Of a stretch of DNA of 40,000 nt, positions 1 to 8,801 are shown in pieces. Where the stretch lies: the sequence record MF063068.1; one strand, written 5' to 3'. The stretch comes from Pseudomonas phage Noxifer. A program made the translations under genes and the position numbers. How positions within the stretch are numbered: the stretch's first letter is position 1; each line of letters begins with the position of its first letter. The notes beneath the pieces are model-generated. The model was not told the origin of the DNA. It ran no database searches and saw nothing but the letters and a program-made list of their open reading frames with translations.

Positions 1-547
1 GGCGCACGAACGTCAGCGATTCATCGTTACCCAACCGGCAGCGCAAGAAGGCGGCACTGTACGGCAAGAAGGTGAACTTCACGATGAACGTGTTGTGGTT
101 GATCATGTTGATGTAAGTGGTAGCCGCTGGAGGTGTACGCAGGGCCGAGTCGAGCACCTTGCGCATTTCACCACCCATGGCCGATTCAGCACCACGCAAC
201 ACACCGGTAGCTACCGAGTAGTTGAGGATACCGAAGTGGACCGAGTAGATCTGACGGATCGGACGGTTTTGGGTCATCTCTGGCCCGATGTGGTACATCA
301 CCGTCATCGGGTCGATGTACTCACGCTGGACGTACGGACCATCCAGTGGAATGTAGGTTTCGGTACCGCCGACCAAGTCCATATCGACCAGAACACGGCG
401 TTCCAGAATCTCCTCCTGAATACGGGTACGCATGTTCACCGGACTGGAACACATGTAGAAATCCGGTTTACCGAAGAGCGCACTGAGGATCTGCGGGCCG
501 ATCTCCATCTCGATATCATCGAGAGCCTTGACGAGTGGGTTTGACAT
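1..547 (-). CDS. Unknown phage protein, C-terminal part cut by the window edge (MSNPLVKALDDIEMEIGPQILSALFGKPDFYMCSSPVNMRTRIQEEILERRVLVDMDLVGG...)
   Basis: My own reverse-strand translation is open from ATG at 547 to base 1, with an AGGAGG-type RBS just upstream (cctcct at about 554-559 on +). It is missing from the ORF track because its stop lies outside the window. Confidence 0.8.
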   Translation of the reverse strand, partial: MSNPLVKALDDIEMEIGPQILSALFGKPDFYMCSSPVNMRTRIQEEILERRVLVDMDLVGGTETYIPLDGPYVQREYIDPMTVMYHIGPEMTQNRPIRQIYSVHFGILNYSVATGVLRGAESAMGGEMRKVLDSALRTPPAATTYINMINHNTFIVKFTFLPYSAAFLRCRLGNDESLTFVR

Positions 548-691
548 CAGAAGCCTCCTAATTTGCTGCTGGCGACGTTTTACGAAAAAAGAAGTACCCT
601 AGTACCAGATAGTATACTAGAGGGGGCATATACGTGATTTGAAGGCGTTTTAGAACTACATCATAGACGTAGCCAACCTCAGGAAATGATC

Positions 692-1027
692 ATGACCAAA
701 CTTAGGCAAGCCATGGCGTATAAGTACGACATCGCGGCCGTGCTCAACGAGGTGCGCAATGTTCCACCCACCCTGCATGGGTATCTGGTGGACGCTGATA
801 CGCTAGTTGACATATTCATACTGCGCACACTAAACGCGTTCGAGATCTGCACCATCTTCCCGGTTCCACCGGTGGTGACAGACCCGATCGTGTTGGCATG
901 GTTCGAAACGATGGACCGAGCAAGGCGATTGCTCTGGGACATTGCCCGTCCACCACCCGAACATTCCGGTACCGAAGCTTCTTATATACGCCAGGGTGAA
1001 AGCATCTGGCTACTCTACATCATTTAA
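692..1027 (+). CDS. Hypothetical small phage protein (MTKLRQAMAYKYDIAAVLNEV...)
   Basis: ORF 686-1027. AGGA at 681-684 is better spaced for the ATG at 692 than for 686. Confidence 0.7.
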   Translation: MTKLRQAMAYKYDIAAVLNEVRNVPPTLHGYLVDADTLVDIFILRTLNAFEICTIFPVPPVVTDPIVLAWFETMDRARRLLWDIARPPPEHSGTEASYIRQGESIWLLYII

Positions 1028-1042
1028 CGGAATAGAAGAGAC

Positions 1043-2140
1043 ATGTCTGGCAAACTGTATTGCTTGAACACCCGCTGCTACGTCAGCCTGCTGAAAATGA
1101 TCACCATGAACTACGCGCGTCATCACAACGAACTTGCCCATCAGGGTAAAGGTGAGAAGATGCATGCGGTACTTGCCCAGACCCCACTCACCCCTTTTGA
1201 CGATCGTCGTGCACAAGCGTTCGTCCATGCGCTGATCAAATCGAACGTGTCCAGTTATCTGGCGTATTCGGAAGGTGACACGCAAAGCGACATCATGTGC
1301 GAACTGCTGTTCGGTGACGGCGTGGTCATGACCAACCGCCATCTGGCGTTTGTCAATGACTTCCTGACCGTGGAAGAGATCGACGATCTCAACCTCGAAC
1401 TGGACATGCATGTCGGGCGTTACCTCGAACGTGAGACTTGGGCTGTGGTCGATATCTTCGACACCGGCAACATGATCTCGCTCGTGGTGCAAGAAGACAT
1501 GCGCATCCGTGAGTGGAAGGAGATGAAGGGCTATACAGTCGGCCGCTTTGCTCCAGCCATGGAACTGGACTTGTCCGAAATGTTCGCCTACCTGCGGATC
1601 AAAACCAACCGCCTCCTGCGTCCGGTCGATGTAGATAACCTGCGCGGTGAGAAGGTTACGGTCAAACATCCGGGTGACCATATCGACTACCGTTCGTTGG
1701 TACTCGACATGCTCGCGGCCAAGTATCCGTTCCTTCGCAAAGAAGGACAAATCGGTGCACACACCGGTGCGATGGGCACAGGTCGTGATCGTAACCTTGA
1801 CCTGCTGGTCAGTGGTGGCCTGCGTGCAGAAGGTGAGTACACACTGGAGCTCAATGACGATCGCATTCTGTCGGTCGATCATTATCTCCAGAAGTTGGTA
1901 GAGCCGGCTGTCAATAGCTACTCCGTCAACCGTTACATCAAACGCCTGGACAACCTCAACATCTACACCCTGACCATCGGTATCGACAACGTCCTGCGTG
2001 TTGTACGTCAGGAAGAAACTACCGTCAAGGTAAATGACAATGCGCGGATCAAGGATCTGGTAGAGTCTTACCTGCGCAATGACTGGTTGCCGCCGAAAGA
2101 GCGTGAAGAAGCTGAACGCTGGATTCAGGAAAACCAATAA
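1043..2140 (+). CDS. Hypothetical phage protein, 365 aa
   Basis: Complete ORF with purine-rich RBS (gaagaga), followed by a hairpin terminator. Confidence 0.8.
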   Translation: MSGKLYCLNTRCYVSLLKMITMNYARHHNELAHQGKGEKMHAVLAQTPLTPFDDRRAQAFVHALIKSNVSSYLAYSEGDTQSDIMCELLFGDGVVMTNRHLAFVNDFLTVEEIDDLNLELDMHVGRYLERETWAVVDIFDTGNMISLVVQEDMRIREWKEMKGYTVGRFAPAMELDLSEMFAYLRIKTNRLLRPVDVDNLRGEKVTVKHPGDHIDYRSLVLDMLAAKYPFLRKEGQIGAHTGAMGTGRDRNLDLLVSGGLRAEGEYTLELNDDRILSVDHYLQKLVEPAVNSYSVNRYIKRLDNLNIYTLTIGIDNVLRVVRQEETTVKVNDNARIKDLVESYLRNDWLPPKEREEAERWIQENQ

Positions 2141-2148
2141 GTACCCGA

Positions 2149-2176
2149 GCTCTGGGGTTCGTCCCCAGGGCTTATG
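2149..2176 (+). terminator. Hairpin GCTCTGGGG-TTCG-(T)CCCCAGGGC followed by TTATG
   Basis: Inverted repeat read directly, immediately after the stop at 2140. Confidence 0.6.
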
Positions 2177-2190
2177 TCCGAGTAGACATT

Positions 2191-2571
2191 ATGATGAGTC
2201 AGTTAACGCTGGTCACGTTCGACCCCGCTATCATCTTACCCAACTACCCGGGCCAAGCTCGGGAGTTCCACGACAACGAGAACTACTACAACGCCATGGG
2301 GTTCTTAGCGAACACCATCCGTGACTTGGAGTCTGACCTTAGCATCTATCGCGGCGAAGACATCAGTGACACGATCGAGGAATACTTCAGTGATTACTGT
2401 TGCATGCACACGCTGGAGTTCTATCAGCGACACACCGATGAGATGATGCGCAAAGCGACCATCATGCACAACCTCATGCCGGCAGGTATCTTCGAACGTT
2501 TTGACTTCTGGGAGGCACATCCCAGAGGAATTTACTTCAGTGGCTTATTGCATGCCATTGATTACCGGTGA
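2191..2571 (+). CDS. Hypothetical small phage protein, about 126 aa
   Basis: Complete ORF in a tight same-strand cluster; stop overlaps the next start. Confidence 0.7.
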   Translation: MMSQLTLVTFDPAIILPNYPGQAREFHDNENYYNAMGFLANTIRDLESDLSIYRGEDISDTIEEYFSDYCCMHTLEFYQRHTDEMMRKATIMHNLMPAGIFERFDFWEAHPRGIYFSGLLHAIDYR

Positions 2572-2987
2572 CCCTAATGAAGAGCAGAACATTTCTGGTG
2601 TGTTTCGAGCCGATGCGCCTGCTCCCTGCCACATGGGAAGCAAAACAACATTGCTTCTTCAAGTTTGACTACTATGAAGCACTGGCTCACGTGGCTGAAG
2701 CCATGCGGTGGCGTGAGCAACAACTCACTGAATACACACAGCGGTTGGACCGTGCAATAACAGAGCTCGACATAGAGCATCAAGTCCGCAACATCAAAGC
2801 CATCGAGACACACACCGACCGTCTAATCGAGGAAGGGTTGTCCATGCAGTTTTACTATGTCCACGACGACATGGCGGCCGCCGGTGACTTTATGCAGAAG
2901 TTGTTACCACCCGGTGAAATCACTAACTTGAAACTAGCGTTCCTTCATCATCGAGGCGCTTGGTATACGGGGGTGGCGAGTGAATGA
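2568..2987 (+). CDS. Hypothetical small phage protein, about 139 aa (start GTG 2568 or ATG 2577)
   Basis: ORF overlapping the upstream stop (GTGA). Confidence 0.65.
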   Translation: MTLMKSRTFLVCFEPMRLLPATWEAKQHCFFKFDYYEALAHVAEAMRWREQQLTEYTQRLDRAITELDIEHQVRNIKAIETHTDRLIEEGLSMQFYYVHDDMAAAGDFMQKLLPPGEITNLKLAFLHHRGAWYTGVASE

Positions 2988-2997
2988 GGTAATGATC

Positions 2998-3354
2998 ATG
3001 CCGATGCAGCAAATGAAGAACATGTACGCGATTCGGCTTGACGCCCTCTTCACTCCTCGGGAGATGGAGATCGCTCTCAAGCGGTTCAAAACCCGAGAGG
3101 GGGTCGTGGAGTTCACGGTGGACTTCTGCGACTACACGTACATCTTCGGACAAAACAACCTGATCCCTCGGGATGTAGACATGGAGAAAGAACCCCATGT
3201 CTTCGATGTGATCGCGAATGCCTGTAGACGTCTGCGTGACATTATTAGGCTTAGCGACACTCTCCAAATCGACAACTTCAAGATGACCCGCACGACGGTG
3301 TTCATCTTGGTAAGGCATGAGGTTCCGACCCATGAACGTACTGGTAACCTTTGA
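2998..3354 (+). CDS. Hypothetical small phage protein (MPMQQMKNMYAIRLDALF...)
   Basis: ORF 2980-3354. GAGG at 2986-2989 is spaced for ATG 2998; 2980 and 2992 are alternatives. Confidence 0.6.
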   Translation: MPMQQMKNMYAIRLDALFTPREMEIALKRFKTREGVVEFTVDFCDYTYIFGQNNLIPRDVDMEKEPHVFDVIANACRRLRDIIRLSDTLQIDNFKMTRTTVFILVRHEVPTHERTGNL

Positions 3355-3856
3355 GGCTGTCTCGTTACAGCACGGCCTCTCTAAGTTCGACGATCACGAA
3401 TCGGTTAAGGTTGCCATTGGGTTAGTTCTTCAATGGTTCCTGAACGCCGTGCATCGAAAGCTGACGCCTGACCAAGTCTTGGATAACATCGGTCAGGTAG
3501 TCAGCGATACTTACGTTTATGCCGAGTATATGCTTGGCGACAACAGTCTAATCGACAACGGTACTGGCGCAGTGGCTAAGCTCAACTACCCACTCGTACA
3601 CAGTGAACATGAAAACAACTACGCGTTTAAGGAATACAGTACAGTCCACAGCAACCTGTACTGCCGCTACGGCGAGATCGTTGAGCATGTTGTCATCAAC
3701 TACGCCCGATCGGTGATGGGCTTCCTTGCCTCCTTAGAGACGGACAAGCACGCCACCAACGTCACCTGCCTTGATTACACCGAACGGTATATCGCGGCTC
3801 ATGTCCACTGCCGGAATCTAATTGAGTACCACCATGAATCAAACAATCACCCGTGA
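3332..3856 (+). CDS. Hypothetical small phage protein (MNVLVTFEAVSLQHGLSKF...)
   Basis: ORF 3317-3856. Internal ATG at 3332 gives an N-terminus resembling neighbouring proteins. Confidence 0.65.
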   Translation: MNVLVTFEAVSLQHGLSKFDDHESVKVAIGLVLQWFLNAVHRKLTPDQVLDNIGQVVSDTYVYAEYMLGDNSLIDNGTGAVAKLNYPLVHSEHENNYAFKEYSTVHSNLYCRYGEIVEHVVINYARSVMGFLASLETDKHATNVTCLDYTERYIAAHVHCRNLIEYHHESNNHP

Positions 3857-4337
3857 ACATCCATTCCGTGCCTGCGCAACCGTGGATGTGTCTTTTGTGA
3901 TGGAACAGTTCCGTCCGATCATTCTCTGGATGGAAGCCTTAATCTCTAACGCAGACTCCACCGCTTACCGTGCCTTTGACCGTGACGCCATGTTCATGCG
4001 TCTGTTTGAAGCAGCCGATCACCATCTCGCGTTTGAGCTGGGGCGTAAGCAAGGCAATGTCGGCTTTGACTTCTATATCCAAGAGTACGGCGGACAGTTT
4101 GCCAAGTACCTAAACGATGCTGAGTTCCTACGTGCCGGCGGGATCTACTTCGCCAATGCCGTGGGTTACCTCGCTCGTTGTTTGGACATGGCCCGACAAG
4201 AAGCCGAGAACTTAGGCGCAATAGTGACTGAAGTGGATGGCACACCGTACATCGGTATGTCACTGTTCACTTACATCGTCACCGCTTCGTTCGATAACCA
4301 TCTGTATGACTTCGTTCCAGGGTCAATGACCTACTAA
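3834..4337 (+). CDS. Hypothetical small phage protein (MNQTITREHPFRACATVDVSF...)
   Basis: ORF 3822-4337, start likely ATG 3834, short overlap with the upstream gene. Confidence 0.65.
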   Translation: MNQTITREHPFRACATVDVSFVMEQFRPIILWMEALISNADSTAYRAFDRDAMFMRLFEAADHHLAFELGRKQGNVGFDFYIQEYGGQFAKYLNDAEFLRAGGIYFANAVGYLARCLDMARQEAENLGAIVTEVDGTPYIGMSLFTYIVTASFDNHLYDFVPGSMTY

Positions 4338-4411
4338 TGGTTTGTATCTGCATTAACACACAGGCCAGCACGAGAATAACAAACGCGTAGCCTTGGTCAG
4401 GAGTATCTCAC

Positions 4412-4855
4412 ATGAACGTCGCTATTTGCTTTCATAGCGAGGCGTACAAGCAATACGTTGACGCGTTGACTACGGCGATGTATGAAGTCCCAGAAGAACA
4501 CTACGACGTAGAGGCTTGTCGGGAACAAGGGGAAGAAGACGGTTTCGTCTTCGTGGAACCGACCGAGCCTACTTACGATCCTGTGCGTCTTTTGCAGGAC
4601 ATCACACGCAGCATGACGCTGCGCTTCTACGATTACTTGGTGCCTAACAGCATCGACCGCGAGGAGTTGCTCAACGACGATGACGCAATGCTGCGTCTAC
4701 TCACCGAGCTTTTAATTCAGGTAGAGAAGATTTACCCCGATGCCCATGTCATAGGCTTCCACCCCGTCAACCTGAAAGGGCAGATGATGGTCGTGTTGCA
4801 AATGCAGAAGCCCGTGGGAGGTCAACTCTCCGACGTAACCATCTATCACTTCTGA
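4412..4855 (+). CDS. Hypothetical small phage protein, 147 aa
   Basis: Complete ORF, nine bases before the next ATG. Confidence 0.7.
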   Translation: MNVAICFHSEAYKQYVDALTTAMYEVPEEHYDVEACREQGEEDGFVFVEPTEPTYDPVRLLQDITRSMTLRFYDYLVPNSIDREELLNDDDAMLRLLTELLIQVEKIYPDAHVIGFHPVNLKGQMMVVLQMQKPVGGQLSDVTIYHF

Positions 4856-4863
4856 GGCTTGCC

Positions 4864-5280
4864 ATGAGCACCGCTATTACCGAGATTCAGATTGGCCAGC
4901 GATTTAGCTTTGAGGTTTACCCCTCGGCGATCCTGGGTAACAACTTCAAGGACGTCACACTCGAAGGGTTTATCAGCCCAAGCATGGCCCAAGCCTTCGG
5001 GGAAGACATCTATTCGAAGCACTCCAACTGCTACCGCACGCTACCCACCACCGTGCCGAATGACCCGCTGAAATACAACTGGATGCGAGTTAAGCACCAG
5101 AACGGTCAGTTCAGCATCCTGGGCGTCCCCTACGTGCGTCCTGACAGCGTTCAGGTCTCGACGCAGGGCGTACTGAACCTTCGCTTCGATGGCGTCAACC
5201 AGACGGATCAGACGCGCATCCTGGAAGCCCTGTCCGCCAACGGCTATAAACCCACCGTCAACTTGCTGACGCAACAATAA
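4864..5280 (+). CDS. Hypothetical phage protein, 138 aa
   Basis: Complete ORF followed by hairpins. Confidence 0.7.
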   Translation: MSTAITEIQIGQRFSFEVYPSAILGNNFKDVTLEGFISPSMAQAFGEDIYSKHSNCYRTLPTTVPNDPLKYNWMRVKHQNGQFSILGVPYVRPDSVQVSTQGVLNLRFDGVNQTDQTRILEALSANGYKPTVNLLTQQ

Positions 5281-5336
5281 TACCCGGTCCCCTAATGAAG
5301 TGTCGTGGGTGAAAACCCATGGTACACTCCGATTTG

Positions 5337-5365
5337 GCTCCCCGAAAGGGGAGTCTTTTATTTTC
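5337..5365 (+). terminator. Terminator CTCCCC-GAAA-GGGGAG-TCTTTTATTTT
   Basis: Perfect GNRA-loop hairpin plus T-rich tail; lies inside the track ORF 5300-7549, so that ORF's start must be downstream. Confidence 0.8.
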
Positions 5366-5377
5366 ACAGGACCGCTC

Positions 5378-7549
5378 ATGGGTATTCGTAACGCGTTTGT
5401 ACTCCCGGACCAAGAATACGTCCGAGATCTGAATATCATCGACGGCACTATTGACGATAATGCTCGTTACATTTCGTTGATGACACAAGACCCGTATGAG
5501 GAATGTCGCTCCTTCGTCAAAGAGCAACTCACACCGGGCGGCGAATTCGCACTGCGTAATCCCAAGGCATTGATTCTTGACAAAGACACCAATGGGGACC
5601 GCAAAGCTGTAACAGGCACAGTCCTGGGTTTCATTCAACGGGTTGAGAAGCAAGGCCTCCTCCTGTCGCCGTCGATGACGGCCTATATGCCGGAGTCCGA
5701 ACGCCAATCCACCCACGCCCTTTACATTGAAGAAGGCGTAAAGAACCGTTCCGTTGTAAAGAAGGAAATGATCGAGGCAGAGCGTGCAGCTACCGCCACC
5801 GAGATCCCCTTCGAGAAGACCAAGTTCAAAGAAATCGCGTTGATGAAAAAGGGTGGTCAAAACAACCTGAAAATCAACAACAACTCCTATTCAGGAGCCA
5901 CCGTTTCTGTTGCAACGATTCTACACTACAAGTCTACACACTCCTCGCTGACTTCGACTTGTCGTAGCGCGACCTCCTATGCCAACGCCTCGAACGAGAA
6001 GTTCATTCAAGGCAACCGCCATTATTACACCCCTGAGGTGGTTAAGGCGAACCTGATCAGCATCATTAACATCGCGCCGCTTGAAACCATCAAGGCTGCT
6101 TGCGAGAAACATGGTCTGGTCTACCCAACAGCTGATCAAGTGATGGACATGGTGGAAGAGTCCAGCCGTCACTATTGGCAAGACATTCCAGAGATGCGCC
6201 GTCTGCGTATTCTGGTAACCAACATGACGCCGGTTCAACGTGCAGCGGTTATGTACGTCGGTGACATGTATCACCTGTACCTGCTGAACAAAGAAGTTAT
6301 TCGTACCTTCCTGTTACAGATGGCTCAGGTGGGTGACCCAACCAAGACCATGCTCACCGATGAAGAGTATGGCAAGGTCGATGGCGACACCAAGCTTTTG
6401 GCTACCTTTATCTGCTACCAGGAAATCTCTGGACGCAAGATGAACGAGCTCAAAACTGCAAGCAAAGGTGACTACGACAAAGTGCTGGCCACCGCCGGTA
6501 ACGCGTTGCAGACTCTGGAAGAATACGAGCTGATGCTCAAAGCGTTCTTCCTCACCAAGTGCCTGCCGTCTTCGATCCATGCATTCCCGTCGATCCGCCG
6601 TAAAGCGGTACCGATCTCGGACACAGACTCGACGATGTTCACCCTGATGTGGTGGGTCAACGAACTGTTCCCGAAAGAACAAGCCTTCACTCCAGAAGCA
6701 CGCCGTCTTGTGTTCGCCATGGTGTACATGGTGTCCGAAGTGGTGATGCACATTCTGGCAGTGCTGTCTCGCAACATGGGTGTAAGCGACGCTAAGCTGC
6801 GTTTGCTGGCCATGAAGAACGAGTACTACTTTGAAGTGCTCAGCCTGACCGCACGTTCGAAACACTACTATGCCTCTCAGGATGCGCTTGAGGGGGTAAT
6901 GTTCCCGAAAGCCAAGATGGAGGTTAAGGGTGTGGGGCTACGGGACTCTAAGGTTCCCCCTCGTATCCAGGCACAAGCCAAGAAGATGATGAAGCGTATC
7001 ATCGAAACCATTAAAGCCGGCAAGCAGATCCAGTTGATCGAATTGCTGACCGAAGTGGCTGACATCGAACGTTCCATTATTAAGTCGCTGGAAGACGGTA
7101 AGTTTGAATACCTGACCACTGCGCAAGTTAAGCCGGCTGACTCGTACAAGTCTGACGAGAACGCCACGTTCAAACAGTACGGCCTATGGCAAGAAGTGTT
7201 CGCCCCGTCATTCGGTGATACACAGAAGCCGCCGTATCAAGCCGTTAAGCTGAGTCTGGCGACACACAATCGGACTGAGATGGAAGCTTGGTGCGTCAAG
7301 ATGGGCAACCCTGCGTTGGCTAACCGCCTGCGCACCTGGATGATGCGTGAAGGTAAGCGTGAACTCACCACGTTGATCATTCCTGCGGCTGTGGTAGAAG
7401 GCACTGGTATCCCGAAAGAGATCACCTGTGCAATCGATACCCGTCGTGTGATCAGCAACGTAATGGGTGCTTTCTACATTATCCTCGAATCGCTCGGTAT
7501 CATGCTGGTGGAGAAGAACAACATCCGCCTCGTGTCCGACTACTATTAA
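5378..7549 (+). CDS. Family-B DNA polymerase, fingers/palm-containing polypeptide (putatively split enzyme)
   Basis: Motif B-like KINNNSYSGA and motif C-like PISDTDSTMFT. ATG at 5378 follows the terminator; the N-terminal part lacks recognisable exonuclease motifs. Confidence 0.75.
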   Translation: MGIRNAFVLPDQEYVRDLNIIDGTIDDNARYISLMTQDPYEECRSFVKEQLTPGGEFALRNPKALILDKDTNGDRKAVTGTVLGFIQRVEKQGLLLSPSMTAYMPESERQSTHALYIEEGVKNRSVVKKEMIEAERAATATEIPFEKTKFKEIALMKKGGQNNLKINNNSYSGATVSVATILHYKSTHSSLTSTCRSATSYANASNEKFIQGNRHYYTPEVVKANLISIINIAPLETIKAACEKHGLVYPTADQVMDMVEESSRHYWQDIPEMRRLRILVTNMTPVQRAAVMYVGDMYHLYLLNKEVIRTFLLQMAQVGDPTKTMLTDEEYGKVDGDTKLLATFICYQEISGRKMNELKTASKGDYDKVLATAGNALQTLEEYELMLKAFFLTKCLPSSIHAFPSIRRKAVPISDTDSTMFTLMWWVNELFPKEQAFTPEARRLVFAMVYMVSEVVMHILAVLSRNMGVSDAKLRLLAMKNEYYFEVLSLTARSKHYYASQDALEGVMFPKAKMEVKGVGLRDSKVPPRIQAQAKKMMKRIIETIKAGKQIQLIELLTEVADIERSIIKSLEDGKFEYLTTAQVKPADSYKSDENATFKQYGLWQEVFAPSFGDTQKPPYQAVKLSLATHNRTEMEAWCVKMGNPALANRLRTWMMREGKRELTTLIIPAAVVEGTGIPKEITCAIDTRRVISNVMGAFYIILESLGIMLVEKNNIRLVSDYY

Positions 7550-7555
7550 CCCAAA

Positions 7556-7583
7556 CCGCCCCGGGCAACCGGGGCACCCTTTT
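7556..7583 (+). terminator. Terminator GCCCCGG-GCAA-CCGGGGC-ACCCTTTTA
   Basis: Perfect 7-bp stem after the polymerase stop. Confidence 0.75.
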
Positions 7584-7603
7584 ATTCCGTCTAGGACTTA
7601 ACG

Positions 7604-7999
7604 ATGTTGATTCAAATGCCAGCAGCACAAGAAAATGGATTGATCGAACTGCGTGTTACGGAATTCGAACAACTGCTGAAACCCCTCTTCGAATACATGG
7701 TCTCTCCACTGGACTCTCGTTCGTACCTGATCACTGACCATCCACCGCGGATGGAGATGGGTGAGGAGTGGTTTGGCCAGGGCGTGTACCGCCGTCGGGG
7801 TTGGAACAGCCGCTACGCTGTGATCGAACTCGATGACCACTTCTTAATTGTACCGGAAGGGGAAGTCGATAAGATCTGGCGTCAAGAGAAGCTGGGCGTG
7901 AAACGCTTTGGTACGTGGATGGCTGGCAGTATGCGTTTCATGGGTCGTGATCTGATTGACGGCCTGACCAAACTTAACACCAAATACGCACGGAGCTGA
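7604..7999 (+). CDS. Hypothetical phage protein, 131 aa
   Basis: Complete ORF, tightly spaced with the next gene. Confidence 0.7.
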   Translation: MLIQMPAAQENGLIELRVTEFEQLLKPLFEYMVSPLDSRSYLITDHPPRMEMGEEWFGQGVYRRRGWNSRYAVIELDDHFLIVPEGEVDKIWRQEKLGVKRFGTWMAGSMRFMGRDLIDGLTKLNTKYARS

Positions 8000-8000
8000 T

Positions 8001-8801
8001 ATGTCGTTTAAAGCACCAGCACCTGACGCTGTTTATCAGAGCGATAATCTTTACGAGGTTCGCTTTGAGTCGGCGATGAAGTATCTCACCGCTCAGTTGG
8101 TGACACCCGAATCGGTCCATCTGTTGACCATGGTTGAGGACAAGCCAACGTACACGGTGGAATACAACCTCGGTAATCGGAATCCACATGCTGTTCCTCT
8201 GGCACATGTGGACGATGCAATGGCTGATCGCATTGTCAAGGCCTTTCATGAAGTGGGTTGGGCCAACTGCTACTGGCGTGAGTTCAATGAGTGCGACCAC
8301 GTCATTGCCCACATGGGGAACTGGGGTTATCGGTTCTACTTCGAACGTCCGATCGAAACAGTGCCTTACGAAGTCCTACGCCGGATATCGAAGAAAGTCT
8401 TAGGCGACCTACCCTCTATAAGTGAAGTCTCAGACGCGGTCGCAAAAGAACCTCAATCGATGACCGTTACTGAACTAACCCAGTGCATCAACGCACAGAT
8501 GCCGATCCGTGACCAACCGCGTCGCCTTAATGGAGATCTCCTTGCGATTATTCAGTGCCATCTTGCGAAAGACTATGGCTATACGGGCACGGGTTACTAC
8601 ACAGGTCAGTCTGGTGAGTTGGCGGTTGTACTGGACTTGGCAGCGTTTCAGATCTATTACTGCCGCCGTACGCGCATTGTCTATCGACGTGATAAGCTCA
8701 TCAATTCGCCATGGCATCAGGTAGACAAAGAGATAGTCGTGGCACCTATCGCCATCCTTTCAGCCCTTAAAGACCTGGAGGTATTCAATGCATCCGTATG
8801 A
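8001..8801 (+). CDS. Hypothetical phage protein, 266 aa
   Basis: Complete ORF overlapping the next start. Confidence 0.7.
   Translation: MSFKAPAPDAVYQSDNLYEVRFESAMKYLTAQLVTPESVHLLTMVEDKPTYTVEYNLGNRNPHAVPLAHVDDAMADRIVKAFHEVGWANCYWREFNECDHVIAHMGNWGYRFYFERPIETVPYEVLRRISKKVLGDLPSISEVSDAVAKEPQSMTVTELTQCINAQMPIRDQPRRLNGDLLAIIQCHLAKDYGYTGTGYYTGQSGELAVVLDLAAFQIYYCRRTRIVYRRDKLINSPWHQVDKEIVVAPIAILSALKDLEVFNASV

Noticed and set aside
1010-2137. 375-aa minus-strand ORF
   Set aside because: Fully antisense to the better-supported 1043-2140 plus gene; a low-complexity shadow frame.
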